This document shows positions 18,990-29,500 of a stretch of DNA of 64,000 bases, piece by piece. The translations under genes were made by a program, and so were the position numbers. The notes under the pieces were generated by a model that searched no databases, was not told where the DNA came from, and saw nothing but the letters and a program-made list of their open reading frames with translations. This DNA is from a virus: the IMG/VR virus record IMGVR_UViG_3300045988_117710; one strand, 5' to 3'. Positions within the stretch are counted from its first letter, which is position 1. Each line of letters opens with the position of its first letter.

Positions 18990-19979
18990 ATGTTATCAAT
19001 TGAGAAAAGACCTAAGACTTGGGATGAAGTAGTTGGTCAAGATTCTGCTGTTCGTCTTTTGAAATCGGTTGTCAAGAATGCCAAGGAAGCTCCTAGGTGT
19101 ATTATTTTACAAGGTCCTTTTGGTACTGGTAAGACAACTTTAGGTAGAATATTTGCTTCTGCTCTTAACAAGAATTTATTTACTGGTCCAGTGGATGCTT
19201 CACCATTCTATAGTGAGTTTGACTCGAGTGCAGTTGGTAATGTAGCAACTATTAGGGAATTAAGAGATAGTTTTCATTGGTCTGGTGAGGGGTATCGTGT
19301 ATTTCTATTCGATGAGATGCAACTTTCTTCTAAACAAGCTCAATCAGCTTTGCTTAAAGTTATTGAGGAAGTAGAAGATAATTGTTTCTTTATGTTTGCA
19401 ACTACTGATCCACAGGATTTACTTCCTACTATTATTTCTAGATCTTTGGTTGTACCACTTAATCTTATTTCTGATGAAGCTTTAAGGGAAAGATTAGATG
19501 TTGTTATTGGTGAGCTTAATGTTAATGTTTCTGAAGATGTAAGAAAGTTAATCGTTGAGAAGGCACATGGTCATGGTCGTAACCTTATGATGTTATTAGA
19601 TAATTATCTATTGTTGGGTGAAGAACATTTTCATGAGTTTCTTAAGTCTTCAGTAGATATATTTGTGGAGTTATTTGTTTCTATATTCAATCATGATTTA
19701 ACTACTTTTAAGAAGTGTATAGATGATTTACAAACTTTTAGTTTATCTGATTTAAATTCAGATTATAATGTTTGTGTTAGTGATATTCTTAAGGGTTGTG
19801 TTGGTGCAGAGGTTTCCCATCCTGAAGTTAATAGGATTGTTAATACTTGTAAACCACATTTTGTTAGATTAGCAAGATTGTTAAGAGATAATGTTGTAAC
19901 TTCTTGTTTTACAGATCCTGTATCTTTTATGTCAGGAATGTATTTTATTTATGGTTCTATAGCAGGTGTTTCACGTTAG
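18990..19979 (+). CDS. AAA+ clamp-loader ATPase (T4 gp44 / RFC small-subunit / DnaX-like)
   Basis: RFC-box-like KTWDEVVGQ, Walker A GPFGTGKTT, Walker B LFDEMQ, sensor-1 FMFATT and an SRS motif (IISRSLVV). Confidence 0.75.
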   Translation: MLSIEKRPKTWDEVVGQDSAVRLLKSVVKNAKEAPRCIILQGPFGTGKTTLGRIFASALNKNLFTGPVDASPFYSEFDSSAVGNVATIRELRDSFHWSGEGYRVFLFDEMQLSSKQAQSALLKVIEEVEDNCFFMFATTDPQDLLPTIISRSLVVPLNLISDEALRERLDVVIGELNVNVSEDVRKLIVEKAHGHGRNLMMLLDNYLLLGEEHFHEFLKSSVDIFVELFVSIFNHDLTTFKKCIDDLQTFSLSDLNSDYNVCVSDILKGCVGAEVSHPEVNRIVNTCKPHFVRLARLLRDNVVTSCFTDPVSFMSGMYFIYGSIAGVSR

Positions 19980-19991
19980 AAAGGAGTGTCG

Positions 19992-20528
19992 ATGATTAAT
20001 TGGAAGAAATTACATGAGTCATCTTATGCAGATATTTTGTATAATGTTTCAGAGGTAATATTTAATATGTATTACAGTAATTATCCTCGAACTCTTTTCG
20101 AAGATATGCAACAATTTATGATTTATAAGATGGTGAATGTAATTAGTACAACTGGTGTTGATACTATGAGGTCTTTAAGAAATTATTTAATGATGATTTC
20201 TAGAAATGGTGGTTCTATGTATTTGTATCATGATAATAAGACTTCTAATTTAGTTGAGTTGACTGATTTGAATGCTCCGTCAGTTGATTTTGCATATGTA
20301 GATGAGTTATCTAGTAAGGATGTATATTCTATTACTTCTAGATATCTTGATTTAGGAGATTACACTATACTTATTATGGATACTCTTAAGGATTATGGTG
20401 TTACTTTTGATTCTTGGTATTCTGATAATGTAGTTAGTGAACCGTTAACTGATGTGGATATGGATATTTTCTATATGCTCAGAGGTATGGTTATTTGGAA
20501 ATTAGCAAAGGTAGGTGATTTATCGTGA
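19992..20528 (+). CDS. hypothetical protein in the position of the clamp-loader small subunit (T4 gp62)
   Basis: ATG at 19992 after AAGGAG. Function inferred from position only. Confidence 0.35.
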   Translation: MINWKKLHESSYADILYNVSEVIFNMYYSNYPRTLFEDMQQFMIYKMVNVISTTGVDTMRSLRNYLMMISRNGGSMYLYHDNKTSNLVELTDLNAPSVDFAYVDELSSKDVYSITSRYLDLGDYTILIMDTLKDYGVTFDSWYSDNVVSEPLTDVDMDIFYMLRGMVIWKLAKVGDLS

Positions 20529-21010
20529 ATGATTCAAATTTTAAAATAGAGAATGCTGGGTTACTAGTTAGCTACAGAGATTTGACTAAGGAAGATTTAG
20601 ATGTCTTTATTCAACAGTTCTCTAGTGATAAGGGTGTTATTTATAGATTTATTGCAGATTTGTTAGAGTCTCCTGATAACTTTTTACAATTTATAGATGT
20701 TCTATCTTCGAAGTCTATTAAAGTTCCTTCTATTAATCAATCTTTAAAGATTTTAGAGGAAATTAGGATTTGGAGATATTTAAGAAATAGAGAGATTACT
20801 TACAATGTTCTTAAAGCATGTTCTAATGCTTTTAAGGATAGTGAGTCTATTATTAAAGCTACTCCTAAGAGATGTTATGACATCTTTATTAAGATGGAGA
20901 GTTTATATGGTGATAAGTCTTTAGTAGAGAAGTATCAAGAGTATCCAAAGTCTAAAGGTGTTAAAGAAGTTTCTGATGAAGATGATTCAGAAGAGTCTGA
21001 AAACCTTTAG
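20525..21010 (+). CDS. hypothetical protein with an acidic C-terminus
   Basis: GTG start overlapping the upstream TGA. Confidence 0.4.
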   Translation: MNDSNFKIENAGLLVSYRDLTKEDLDVFIQQFSSDKGVIYRFIADLLESPDNFLQFIDVLSSKSIKVPSINQSLKILEEIRIWRYLRNREITYNVLKACSNAFKDSESIIKATPKRCYDIFIKMESLYGDKSLVEKYQEYPKSKGVKEVSDEDDSEESENL

Positions 21011-21016
21011 ACTTTC

Positions 21017-21026
21017 TTCGTATAAA
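21017..21026 (+). promoter_or_regulatory. class-A variant promoter TTCGTATAAA
   Basis: Upstream of the DNA polymerase gene. Confidence 0.35.
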
Positions 21027-21090
21027 TATTTAGTTGGTATAGGTTTATGTAACTTTAGCCGAAAAGTTATAGAGGGAAGAGGTGTATATT

Positions 21091-23580
21091 ATGGCTCAAA
21101 ATAGTCAAGCATATCAACATTATATTCATGATGTTCCTGTGGATCCTGGTTTTCCTAGGGATTTTAAATTTATACTTGTAGAGAGTATAGAACAACTTCG
21201 TGAGTTGTTGTCTGAACCAGTTAATTTATTTGGTTTCGATATTGAAACTACAGGTCTTAATTCAGAGACTGATGATATAGTTTCATTTAGTTTTTGTAAG
21301 GAATCTCATGTTGGTTACAATGTTCCTGTTGACCACGATCCTGTTGTTAATGGTGGTAATCCTGGTCTTGGTGAGGAAGCATTGGATTTAGTTTATGAAT
21401 TTATGAGAGATAAAGCAAGATGGGTTGCAATTCACAATTTTGCTTTCGAATCTAGAATGATGGAGTGGCATGGGTTTACTTCACTAGATGATTATCATAA
21501 GAGAATGTGGTTAGGTTTGGAACCTTATGTAGAGAATGAATTCTTTACTCAAGACCAAGTTAGTCATTGTTTTAAGTATGATATGGGTAAGATTAATTAT
21601 TTTGATACTATGGTGTCATGTTGGTTGTCTGATACTAATGACCAAAAGACAGGGTTAAAGAAATATGAAGAGAAGTTTCTTGGTTGGCGTTCTAGTTCTT
21701 TCGAAGATACTTTAGGAGATAATGTCAATTTTAAGTTTACCAATTATCGTGATCCTTCAATTATTGAGTATACTTGTTTGGATGCCATTGGAGCTTTCAA
21801 TTTGGCAGTTAAAACTAAGAGATTTTATGATGAAGCAAAGACTTCTGGTAAGATTGATATGAAGTTTATTTATACTATTATGAGAGGTTCTACTTTATTA
21901 CAGAGATTAGACCCAGTGGTTCTTAAGAATTATGAGGATGAACTTTCTGAACATTTATATAAGTTAGAGCAAGAGTGTTGGTCTATTGCAGGTCAACCAT
22001 TTAATCTTAAGTCTCCAAAGGACAAGGCAAGAATCTTTGAATTGTTAGGTTTGAATACTGGTGAGGTTGGTAAAGCTGGTGTTATGAAGACTGGTAAGGA
22101 GTTACTTAACAAACTTAAGAAATCTTTGGATAAGAGTGATCCTAATTACAAGTTATTAGATAACATTACACAGTTTGGTATCTTATCAACTGTTAAGAAT
22201 ACATTTGTTAAGAATTTACTTAATGCTTGTGAGTCTGGTGGTTATCGTGAGAACTTTACTAGATTCAATTATAAGACTACTCATGTTCCTACTGGTAGAC
22301 TTTCAGCTGCTGGTGATAAGAAGAGTTTAGGTTTCTTCTCTGATTTAAATATTCAAAATATTCCTAAACCACATCCTGCAGATTATCATGCAATTTCTAT
22401 TCAAGATGCAATGAGATTGAATCCTGAATTAGTTGAGTTAGGTCGTGGAGATGAACCTGGTACATTTAAAGATGTTTGGTATTATCAAACATCTAAACGT
22501 AATTGTAAGATTGTTAGAATTATGGGTTGGTTGTTTACTCAAGTTTATTGGAAGAATATTGTTGTTGATGCTGATGGTCGTACAGAGAAGTGGCCTGATG
22601 ACTTTCCATTCAATAATGAGTTTGAGAATCCGATGATTGAAGAAGGAGCAGACCAACATTTAAATATTCGTTCTGCAATGTTACCTTTTGATGACGATGA
22701 TTATATTTTATCTCTAGACTATTCTGGTCAAGAGTTAAAAGCGGCGGCAATGCTTTCTAGGGAACCTGTATGGTTCGATGCTTTCGCTAATGGTGATGAT
22801 GCTCATAAGCAAACTGCCTATGCAATCTTTGGTAAAGAGAATTATGACAAAGAGAAGAGAAAGCTTGCTAAGGGATTAAACTTTGGTATTATTTATGGTA
22901 TGGAAGCATATTCTATTTATTCTAGGGGAATGGCAAAGACTCCAGAGGAAGCAGAAGATTTCTATACGAAGTTTAAGGATGGACTTCCTGTACTATTCAA
23001 TTGGCTTGATTCAGTTGTTCAGGATGGTAAGAATAATGGTACAGTTTATACTATGTTTGGTCGTCCTAGAAGAGTTAAGTATTGGCTTGATAATGATAAC
23101 TTTAAGTTTAAAGCATTTGGTGCTCGTACTTGTAAGAATACAGTAGTTCAAGGAACTGGAGCGGATATTACAAAGACAGCTCTTAATAGAGTATTTGATA
23201 ATGTTCTGAATGTTCCTAAGAATAAGACTATTGTTAGATTTATGTCTACAGTTCACGATGAAGTTAACTATTCTGTTAAGAAGAAGTATTTCTCTAGTGT
23301 AGCCAAGACTATCAATAAATTGATGACCATTTGGATTGGTTCTAATGATAGATTCCCATTTGATACTGGTCTAGGTATTGGTTTACGTTGGGGTGAGTTA
23401 TTTGACTTTGATTATGATAAGAAGACGTTTGATATCCTTCATCCTAAATGGGATCCACTTCCACCTAAACCTGTTGAGTATGTAGTTGAGAATTCTGAAG
23501 AGGAAGTTGTTGAAGAGATTACTTACGATTTCTCTAAAATGTTTGAAGGATTAGATGAGGAAGGTTCTAATGAATTCTAG
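21091..23580 (+). CDS. DNA polymerase, family A (Pol I-like), with N-terminal 3'-5' exonuclease domain
   Basis: Exo I FGFDIETTGL. Polymerase motif A LSLDYSGQELKAAA, motif B RKLAKGLNFGIIYGM, motif C VHDEV. ATG at 21091 after GAGGGAAGAGGTG. Confidence 0.85.
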   Translation: MAQNSQAYQHYIHDVPVDPGFPRDFKFILVESIEQLRELLSEPVNLFGFDIETTGLNSETDDIVSFSFCKESHVGYNVPVDHDPVVNGGNPGLGEEALDLVYEFMRDKARWVAIHNFAFESRMMEWHGFTSLDDYHKRMWLGLEPYVENEFFTQDQVSHCFKYDMGKINYFDTMVSCWLSDTNDQKTGLKKYEEKFLGWRSSSFEDTLGDNVNFKFTNYRDPSIIEYTCLDAIGAFNLAVKTKRFYDEAKTSGKIDMKFIYTIMRGSTLLQRLDPVVLKNYEDELSEHLYKLEQECWSIAGQPFNLKSPKDKARIFELLGLNTGEVGKAGVMKTGKELLNKLKKSLDKSDPNYKLLDNITQFGILSTVKNTFVKNLLNACESGGYRENFTRFNYKTTHVPTGRLSAAGDKKSLGFFSDLNIQNIPKPHPADYHAISIQDAMRLNPELVELGRGDEPGTFKDVWYYQTSKRNCKIVRIMGWLFTQVYWKNIVVDADGRTEKWPDDFPFNNEFENPMIEEGADQHLNIRSAMLPFDDDDYILSLDYSGQELKAAAMLSREPVWFDAFANGDDAHKQTAYAIFGKENYDKEKRKLAKGLNFGIIYGMEAYSIYSRGMAKTPEEAEDFYTKFKDGLPVLFNWLDSVVQDGKNNGTVYTMFGRPRRVKYWLDNDNFKFKAFGARTCKNTVVQGTGADITKTALNRVFDNVLNVPKNKTIVRFMSTVHDEVNYSVKKKYFSSVAKTINKLMTIWIGSNDRFPFDTGLGIGLRWGELFDFDYDKKTFDILHPKWDPLPPKPVEYVVENSEEEVVEEITYDFSKMFEGLDEEGSNEF

Positions 23581-23935
23581 TCTTGAAGAGATGGTATATG
23601 CAAAGATTAAGTCTATTCTAGGTACTAGGATTAAGGTAGTAGATAGGAATAGAACTAATTGTAGAGGTAAAACTTATATTGGTTTACATCCTAGAGATGG
23701 TGAGTATATTCAAGGTTTCAATTATGAAGACTTTTGGGCAGGTTATGGTACTATAGATTGTGTAGCTTCTAATGAAGGAGTATATGTTAACTTCTATGAT
23801 GGTCATGGGAAGTGTCACTATGGTCCTTATATAACCAAGTTTACTTTATCTGGTAATATTGATTATTTATTGAAAGATTTCTGCAATGAGATATTTAGAA
23901 ATTTACATATTGTAGCAATTCCAAAGAAGAAGTAA
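23570..23935 (+). CDS. hypothetical protein
   Basis: Probable start ATG 23570 (MNSSLEEMVYAK), overlapping the polymerase stop. Contains Cys/His pairs. Confidence 0.4.
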   Translation: MNSSLEEMVYAKIKSILGTRIKVVDRNRTNCRGKTYIGLHPRDGEYIQGFNYEDFWAGYGTIDCVASNEGVYVNFYDGHGKCHYGPYITKFTLSGNIDYLLKDFCNEIFRNLHIVAIPKKK

Positions 23936-23940
23936 AGTTG

Positions 23941-23968
23941 TTGACATTTAATTTCATTATGGTATAAT
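23941..23968 (+). promoter_or_regulatory. host sigma-A/sigma-70 consensus promoter (TTGACA-16 nt-TGgTATAAT)
   Basis: Perfect -35 TTGACA at 23941-23946. Extended -10 TGGTATAAT at 23960-23968. The only perfect-consensus host-type promoter seen in the window. Confidence 0.6.
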
Positions 23969-24016
23969 GATATTAGAATATAAGAGAGATATTCTGATAG
24001 GGTATAAAGGATTGTT

Positions 24017-24292
24017 ATGAATGAGAATGTAATTTATAATTTACCTGTAACTGTTGATAATTCCAAAGAGCGAGGAAGTTTCATGGGACTTTGTCGCTCT
24101 TTTTATTGGAAACTTTCAAGAGATTATAGAGAGGTAAGAAGTTGTTTTACTGGCTGTGATGAGGGTTTTGAGTTAAGAACTAGTGATAAGGATTTATTTG
24201 TTAGGGTTTTATTGATTTTGGATTTATCACTTACTTCTTTTACACATTATAGATTTATGAATACTTATGTGGTTGTAGTTAACGGATTTTAG
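24017..24292 (+). CDS. hypothetical small protein behind the consensus host promoter
   Basis: 91 aa. No recognisable domain. Confidence 0.4.
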   Translation: MNENVIYNLPVTVDNSKERGSFMGLCRSFYWKLSRDYREVRSCFTGCDEGFELRTSDKDLFVRVLLILDLSLTSFTHYRFMNTYVVVVNGF

Positions 24293-24302
24293 TTCGTATA
24301 AT
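24293..24302 (+). promoter_or_regulatory. class-A promoter-like motif TTCGTATAAT
   Basis: Overlaps the stop of the previous gene; 10 nt before the RBS (GAAGGTG) of the primase gene. Confidence 0.45.
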
Positions 24303-24321
24303 ATTGTAAAGAAGGTGTCAT

Positions 24322-25449
24322 ATGAATCAAGGTAGAGAAGAGTTCACTAATTATCAAATTAAGAAGTATTTAACTTATATGGTTAGTTTTGAGTCTGTTT
24401 ATAATAAGTATATGGATGATGAGATGCCTGTATCTGGTTCTTGTATGTGTCCGTTTCATGATAATGAAAATACGGAAGCTGCCAAGTTTTATCGTGAGAG
24501 TAATACTTTGTGGTGTTTTTCTGAAACTCAGTTGTATACTGTTTATGATTTACTTGTAGAGTTTAATTTAGATCCTGTAGATATTTTTTATAGTCTTTGG
24601 GATTCTTATTCAGATGATAGGAAAGAGTTTATTAAGAAACAAGTAGATCAACCATTTACTACAAAGTGTATGTTTAAGGATTCTCTGATTTCTTTTGAGA
24701 AAGATTTAATTTCTTATGATGAGTTATGTTATGATATATTTAATTCTATTGATGGTTTGAGAGACCCATTAAATGTTTTGTATAATATATCTAGACCTAT
24801 TACAGAGAAGAATTTAGATAAGGTCTCTGATTATATTTATTTGGGAGCTTATCCACAGAATGTACATATTAGAAATATTACTTCTGGTGAAATTATTAAT
24901 TATACAAAGTCTTTGTCTAAGGTTATGGTTTCATTTATTAAAGAACAGAATGATGTTACTATTATTTTCAATATGTATAAGGACCAACCTATTGGTGCAA
25001 CGATGCGTGGGAATAGGAAGAAGGAATTTAGAGATATAGGTAATACTGGAGGTATCTTCTATAACTTACTTAATTTGAAAGATTTCAAGAGAGGAGATCC
25101 AATATTCCTTGTTGAAGGGCCTAAAGATTGTGAAGCATTCAATGTTTTCTTTAAAGGGTATCATTGTTTGTCTTTGATGACTTCGAATCTCACAACGGCT
25201 CAACAATTGGTTTTAAGGGCTCTTACAGATAAGATTGTGTTGTGTTTGGATAATGATAGTGTTGGTATTGAATCAACGACAAAGTTTATTAAGAAGAATT
25301 CAGTGTATTTTGATATCAGACCAATAACATTTCCACCTGGGGTTAAGGATTTTGGAGATTTGATTACTTTATATAGAAAGAATAAAGATTCTTTTAAAAC
25401 TGTGTATAAGAATATCAAATCTCAATTGTCTAGAATAGATTTCGTATAG
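24322..25449 (+). CDS. DnaG-type DNA primase (CHC2 zinc finger plus TOPRIM)
   Basis: N-terminal CxC...C..H zinc-finger-like (GSCMCPFHDNE). TOPRIM-like EGPKDCEAF...LCLDNDSVG. Confidence 0.7.
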   Translation: MNQGREEFTNYQIKKYLTYMVSFESVYNKYMDDEMPVSGSCMCPFHDNENTEAAKFYRESNTLWCFSETQLYTVYDLLVEFNLDPVDIFYSLWDSYSDDRKEFIKKQVDQPFTTKCMFKDSLISFEKDLISYDELCYDIFNSIDGLRDPLNVLYNISRPITEKNLDKVSDYIYLGAYPQNVHIRNITSGEIINYTKSLSKVMVSFIKEQNDVTIIFNMYKDQPIGATMRGNRKKEFRDIGNTGGIFYNLLNLKDFKRGDPIFLVEGPKDCEAFNVFFKGYHCLSLMTSNLTTAQQLVLRALTDKIVLCLDNDSVGIESTTKFIKKNSVYFDIRPITFPPGVKDFGDLITLYRKNKDSFKTVYKNIKSQLSRIDFV

Positions 25450-25474
25450 TATATGTGAAAGGAGAGATAGTATC

Positions 25475-25723
25475 ATGAATGAAGTTGTAGAGAAAATTGT
25501 TTCAACTACTGAAGTCAATGCAAACGATGTTAAAGTAGTTATCAAAGCTTTTCTTGATGAAGTTCAAAAAGGAGTTTCATTAACAGGATACTTCACTAGT
25601 TCAATTGTTGAAGTACCTGCCAAGAGTGGAGTTACTAAACTAGGTGGAACTGAGAAAGCTTGGTCTAAACCTGCTCATAAAGAATTAAAGATTAAACTTG
25701 CTAAAAGTTATAAGAATCTATAA
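25475..25723 (+). CDS. HU/IHF-family DNA-binding protein
   Basis: 82 aa. HU-like N-terminal helix (MNEVVEKIVSTTEVNANDVKVVIKAFLDEV) and arm region (G.FTSS...P...G). Followed by two tandem terminators. Confidence 0.5.
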   Translation: MNEVVEKIVSTTEVNANDVKVVIKAFLDEVQKGVSLTGYFTSSIVEVPAKSGVTKLGGTEKAWSKPAHKELKIKLAKSYKNL

Positions 25724-25749
25724 TTCTGATTAATCATTTGTATTCATTT

Positions 25750-25780
25750 AAGAGAGTCTAACCAACTCTCTTTTCTTTTT
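25750..25780. terminator. intrinsic terminator 1 of a tandem pair
   Basis: agagagt-ctaaccaa-ctctct hairpin, then TTTCTTTTT. Confidence 0.6.
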
Positions 25781-25795
25781 ATGATTTTTATGAAA

Positions 25796-25827
25796 GAAAA
25801 TCAATATAACTGTTGATTTTCTTTTTT
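25796..25827. terminator. intrinsic terminator 2 of a tandem pair
   Basis: gaaaatcaa-tataactg-ttgattttc hairpin, then T6. Confidence 0.6.
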
Positions 25828-25831
25828 CTTT

Positions 25832-25841
25832 ATCGTATAAT
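25832..25841 (+). promoter_or_regulatory. class-A promoter-like motif ATCGTATAAT
   Basis: Directly after the tandem terminators. Confidence 0.45.
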
Positions 25842-25859
25842 ACTAATATGAAAGGAGAC

Positions 25860-26195
25860 ATGACCCATATGAATTTTATCAAGAAGTTGTTAGGGATGGA
25901 GTATTTTGTTCCATTAGTAGGTGTTAAGGATGTAGCTGATGATCAGTATATGATCTCATCTGCTGGTAGAATCAAAAGACTTTATTCTAATAAGAGCTCG
26001 AAGGAATCAGTTAGTTTTCTTAAAGGTTCTTTAAATGCAGGTGGGAAGAGAGTTGTTACTTTAGGTAAGAGTACTTATCTAGTAGGTTCTCTTATGTTAT
26101 ATGCATTTGGTAAAGCTGACAGTCCTAGAGTTAAGTACAATGTTAGAGACAACGATAACTCTAACTTAACACTATCTAACCTAGAGGTTATGTAG
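25860..26195 (+). CDS. hypothetical protein (start ambiguous: 25848, 25860 or 25869)
   Basis: RBS AAAGGAGA at 25850-25857. Several in-frame ATGs. Confidence 0.4.
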   Translation: MTHMNFIKKLLGMEYFVPLVGVKDVADDQYMISSAGRIKRLYSNKSSKESVSFLKGSLNAGGKRVVTLGKSTYLVGSLMLYAFGKADSPRVKYNVRDNDNSNLTLSNLEVM

Positions 26196-26204
26196 TTAAC
26201 TGTG

Positions 26205-26234
26205 AAAGGGACTGGTTCTAGTCCCTTTATTTAT
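26205..26234. terminator. intrinsic terminator
   Basis: aagggact-ggttct-agtccctt hairpin, then T-tract. Confidence 0.6.
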
Positions 26235-26239
26235 ATATT
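26232..26239 (+). promoter_or_regulatory. class-B promoter-like motif TATATATT(ATTTTAGTTAA)
   Basis: Immediately upstream of the first MNKLFES-family gene. Confidence 0.4.
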
Positions 26240-26267
26240 ATTTTAGTTAATATTGAGGAGGATTTCA

Positions 26268-26576
26268 ATGAATAAGTTATTTGAATCTGTAGAAGGTTGT
26301 GACAAATATATTCTTTTAGAAAATGAATATCCTACTTCTATGAGTAGAGAGGAATATATTAGTACTTTAAAATCTAAAGTAAACAAGCTTGCAGATGAAT
26401 TTGCTAGTTTAGCTAATTTCTTTAATTCTTATATTGAAGATTCTGCTACTGGTGAAAGTATTGATTGTAATGAGTTTATTTGTATAGCTCAAGAAGAGTA
26501 CCCATTTGAAAATAGTTTTGATGAGAAAGCATATGAGTTTTCAAACTGGGCTGATAAGATTAATGAAATTAAGTAG
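26268..26576 (+). CDS. MNKLFES-leader family protein 1 (103 aa)
   Basis: True start is ATG 26268 after GAGGAGG (the track ORF begins at TTG 26253). N-terminus MNKLFESVEGCDKY. Confidence 0.6.
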   Translation: MNKLFESVEGCDKYILLENEYPTSMSREEYISTLKSKVNKLADEFASLANFFNSYIEDSATGESIDCNEFICIAQEEYPFENSFDEKAYEFSNWADKINEIK

Positions 26577-26585
26577 GAGGTAAAT

Positions 26586-29500
26586 ATGAACAAGTTATTT
26601 GAATCTGTTGATAATTTATTTGATTCTGGTAAGAGTCTTATTAATGAAGATTATCGTGATGATGTTATTAATGATTTAGGTATTGAACCTGGTTCTGATG
26701 AAGAAGCACAAGTTGATGAAATCCTTAATACAGTTCCAACTGTTTATGATGTTTTCACTTTATCTCAAGTTGATGTTAATGAGTATAAGTCAGATCTTTA
26801 TACTACTGTAGAAGATGAAGACCAAGCTTATGATATAGTTGCTGAACTTGGAGCTCAAGGTATTAATGCTTTTGTAGAAAGTAGAGATGCTAATGAAGAT
26901 GTTATAGTTCCTAACAATTTCTTATCTGGTCTTTATGCTAGGGATTTGAATGAATCTACTGAAGGGTTAAGTAAAGAAGATAAGATTTGTCGTTTAGAAG
27001 ATAAGATTAAGGAATGTAAAGATAGAATTGAAGAGATTGGTAATACTGAATTCTTCGATGATGGTTCTTATGAAGCAGGTTTAGAGTTAGAAGATAGAGC
27101 AATGGAAAGAGCTTCTCTTGAGTATGCTATTTCTGAATATCAAAAGGAAATAGATGAACTTAAAGGTGAAACTATTAATGAAGGTAGTAAGTTTGATTTA
27201 TATTCTATCAGAGGAGAAATCAGAGATGATGAAACTGGTAGATTAATGCTTCATACTAAGAATAAGAATAATGGGTTAGTTGGTTGTGCAAATTTCTTTG
27301 GTGATGGTTCAGATATGGTTACTGTTTACGAAGGTAATGGTGATGGTTCTGATGACAAGAGTATGGGATTCGATGAGTTCCTAGCAAACTATGATTATGT
27401 TCTTGCTGATGAAGATGAACAACCATTTGGTGTTACTGAAGCTTCTGAAGAGAAAGTATTTGTTAAGAAAGTTAAAGGTCCTAATGGTCAATTCTTTGAT
27501 GTTTATAAGAAAGATGGTAAGTTTGTGGATGAATATAATAATGAACTTACTGCAGAAGAATTAAAAGATTATAAGTTAGTTGAAGATGAATCTAATGGTT
27601 CTACTGCTATTTTATATCAAGTTACTCCTGGTAAGACTAGAGAATATGGTTTTGAATCTTTAAAGATGTTAGATAAGTTTGGTATTGAGCTTAGTTTAGA
27701 TAATTATACTGAAGTTGCTAATATTGATTATAGTAAGTATACAGATGCTACTGATACTAATGCAATTCTAGAAGCAATATTCAGAGAAGGTAATACTAAT
27801 CAAGATATGAGAGTTGAATTCCCTACTATGAGATCTGTTTCTATGTCTGATATTGTTTTATTAGATGGTAGATATTACTATTGTGATGACTTTGGTTGGA
27901 CAGATGTTACTGATCGTTTAACTGGTGTTAATGAGTCTGAAGGTGGAGATTTAAAATCTCAAGTTGTTGAGTATTTAACTTCTAAATATGGTGAAGGTTT
28001 TGAATTAGAAGACAATGTTAATGGTTTTACTAATCAAGATGAAATTATTGATTCTATTGTTAATTCTTATGAAGGAAATGAAAATTTAACTGTTGCTGAG
28101 TTTATAGATTCTTTAATTGAACCTCATGGTTTAATTGTTGTTAAGTCTAAAGGTTTATCTGAAGGTACTTCTGCTAAACGTATAGCAAGATATAATGAAT
28201 TTGATAATGGTAGAGTTTTACATTCTTGGAAAGATATGACAGATGAAGAAGCTGAAGAGCTTGCTAAACAAAAGTCAATTGAAGATCCAAATAATGTTTA
28301 TTATGTATGTAATGATAATGTTATGAATCCTACTTCTGATAAGGTTTGGTATAATGGTAAGTCTTATGATTTCAGTGATGTTAAGTTTAGTGAAACTGGT
28401 ACTTACTGTGAATCTGAAGAAACTGATCCTAGATTAGATACTTTTGCTGAGTTATATTATAAGTATCAAGATGGTGAATCTCATGAATGGACAAGAGAAG
28501 AAGTTATTGATTGGATTAATGATGAAATTAAGTTAGGTGATACTTCATTTACTTTAGATGATGAAACTATTGATTTATTATTAGGTTTCCAACATGATTT
28601 ACATCAAGCTGATATAGAAGATTTAGATGAAGCTTCTAAACCTTTAGTTAAAGATAAGTTCTATATTGATGGTGTTGGTCCAGAGTTTGATGGTTACCAC
28701 GATCCTAGTGTTCTTTGGAATGGTTGGGAATGTCCATTCTTTACTAAAGAGGTAGCAGATGAGATAACTAAAACTTTTACTGATGAGTCTGTTACTTTTG
28801 AATATGATGAAGCTGGTAAGAAATATATAATTACTTGGAATGGTGAAGATACTGAAGAAGTTCCTATGACACGTCGTGAAACTGTTGATGGTGAGTTAGA
28901 TTTATTCCCATTAGGTTATTATGGTTGGTGTTGGAATAAAGCTTCTGATGATTTAGAAGAGTCTAATAAATTAGATGAAACAGCTTGGAAGGGTACTCTT
29001 AAGTCTGGTTCTGCTTTAAGAGCCCTAATTAATAATCCAGATGATACTATTGAATATTATCAAGCTGTATTAGATAAGATTAAAGATGTTTGTAATGAAG
29101 CAATTCCAATGTGTGATGATGAATATTATGCTAATGGATTCCAATCTTTAATAGATGATATTGAATGTATTTATTATGATGAAGAATTAGATGAAGGTAA
29201 TGTTGATTATATTCTAGATGGTCTTTGGGATTGGGCTGATGGTGCTAAGTTATTCGTTGCCTTAGGTGAATCTGAAGTAGTTATGGAAGAAGATTCTAAT
29301 TATACTAATAAATATCGTTGTGTTACTGCAGGATATGATACTGTAGAAACATTTGATTCAAAGGATGATGCAATTGCATTTGCTAAAGAGAATGACAGGG
29401 TGTATTCAGTAATGTCTGATATTTATCAAGGTGATATGTTAATTAGTGTTGGATTAAATGATATTTGGTCTAAGTATGATGAAGATTTAACTGAAGCTTC

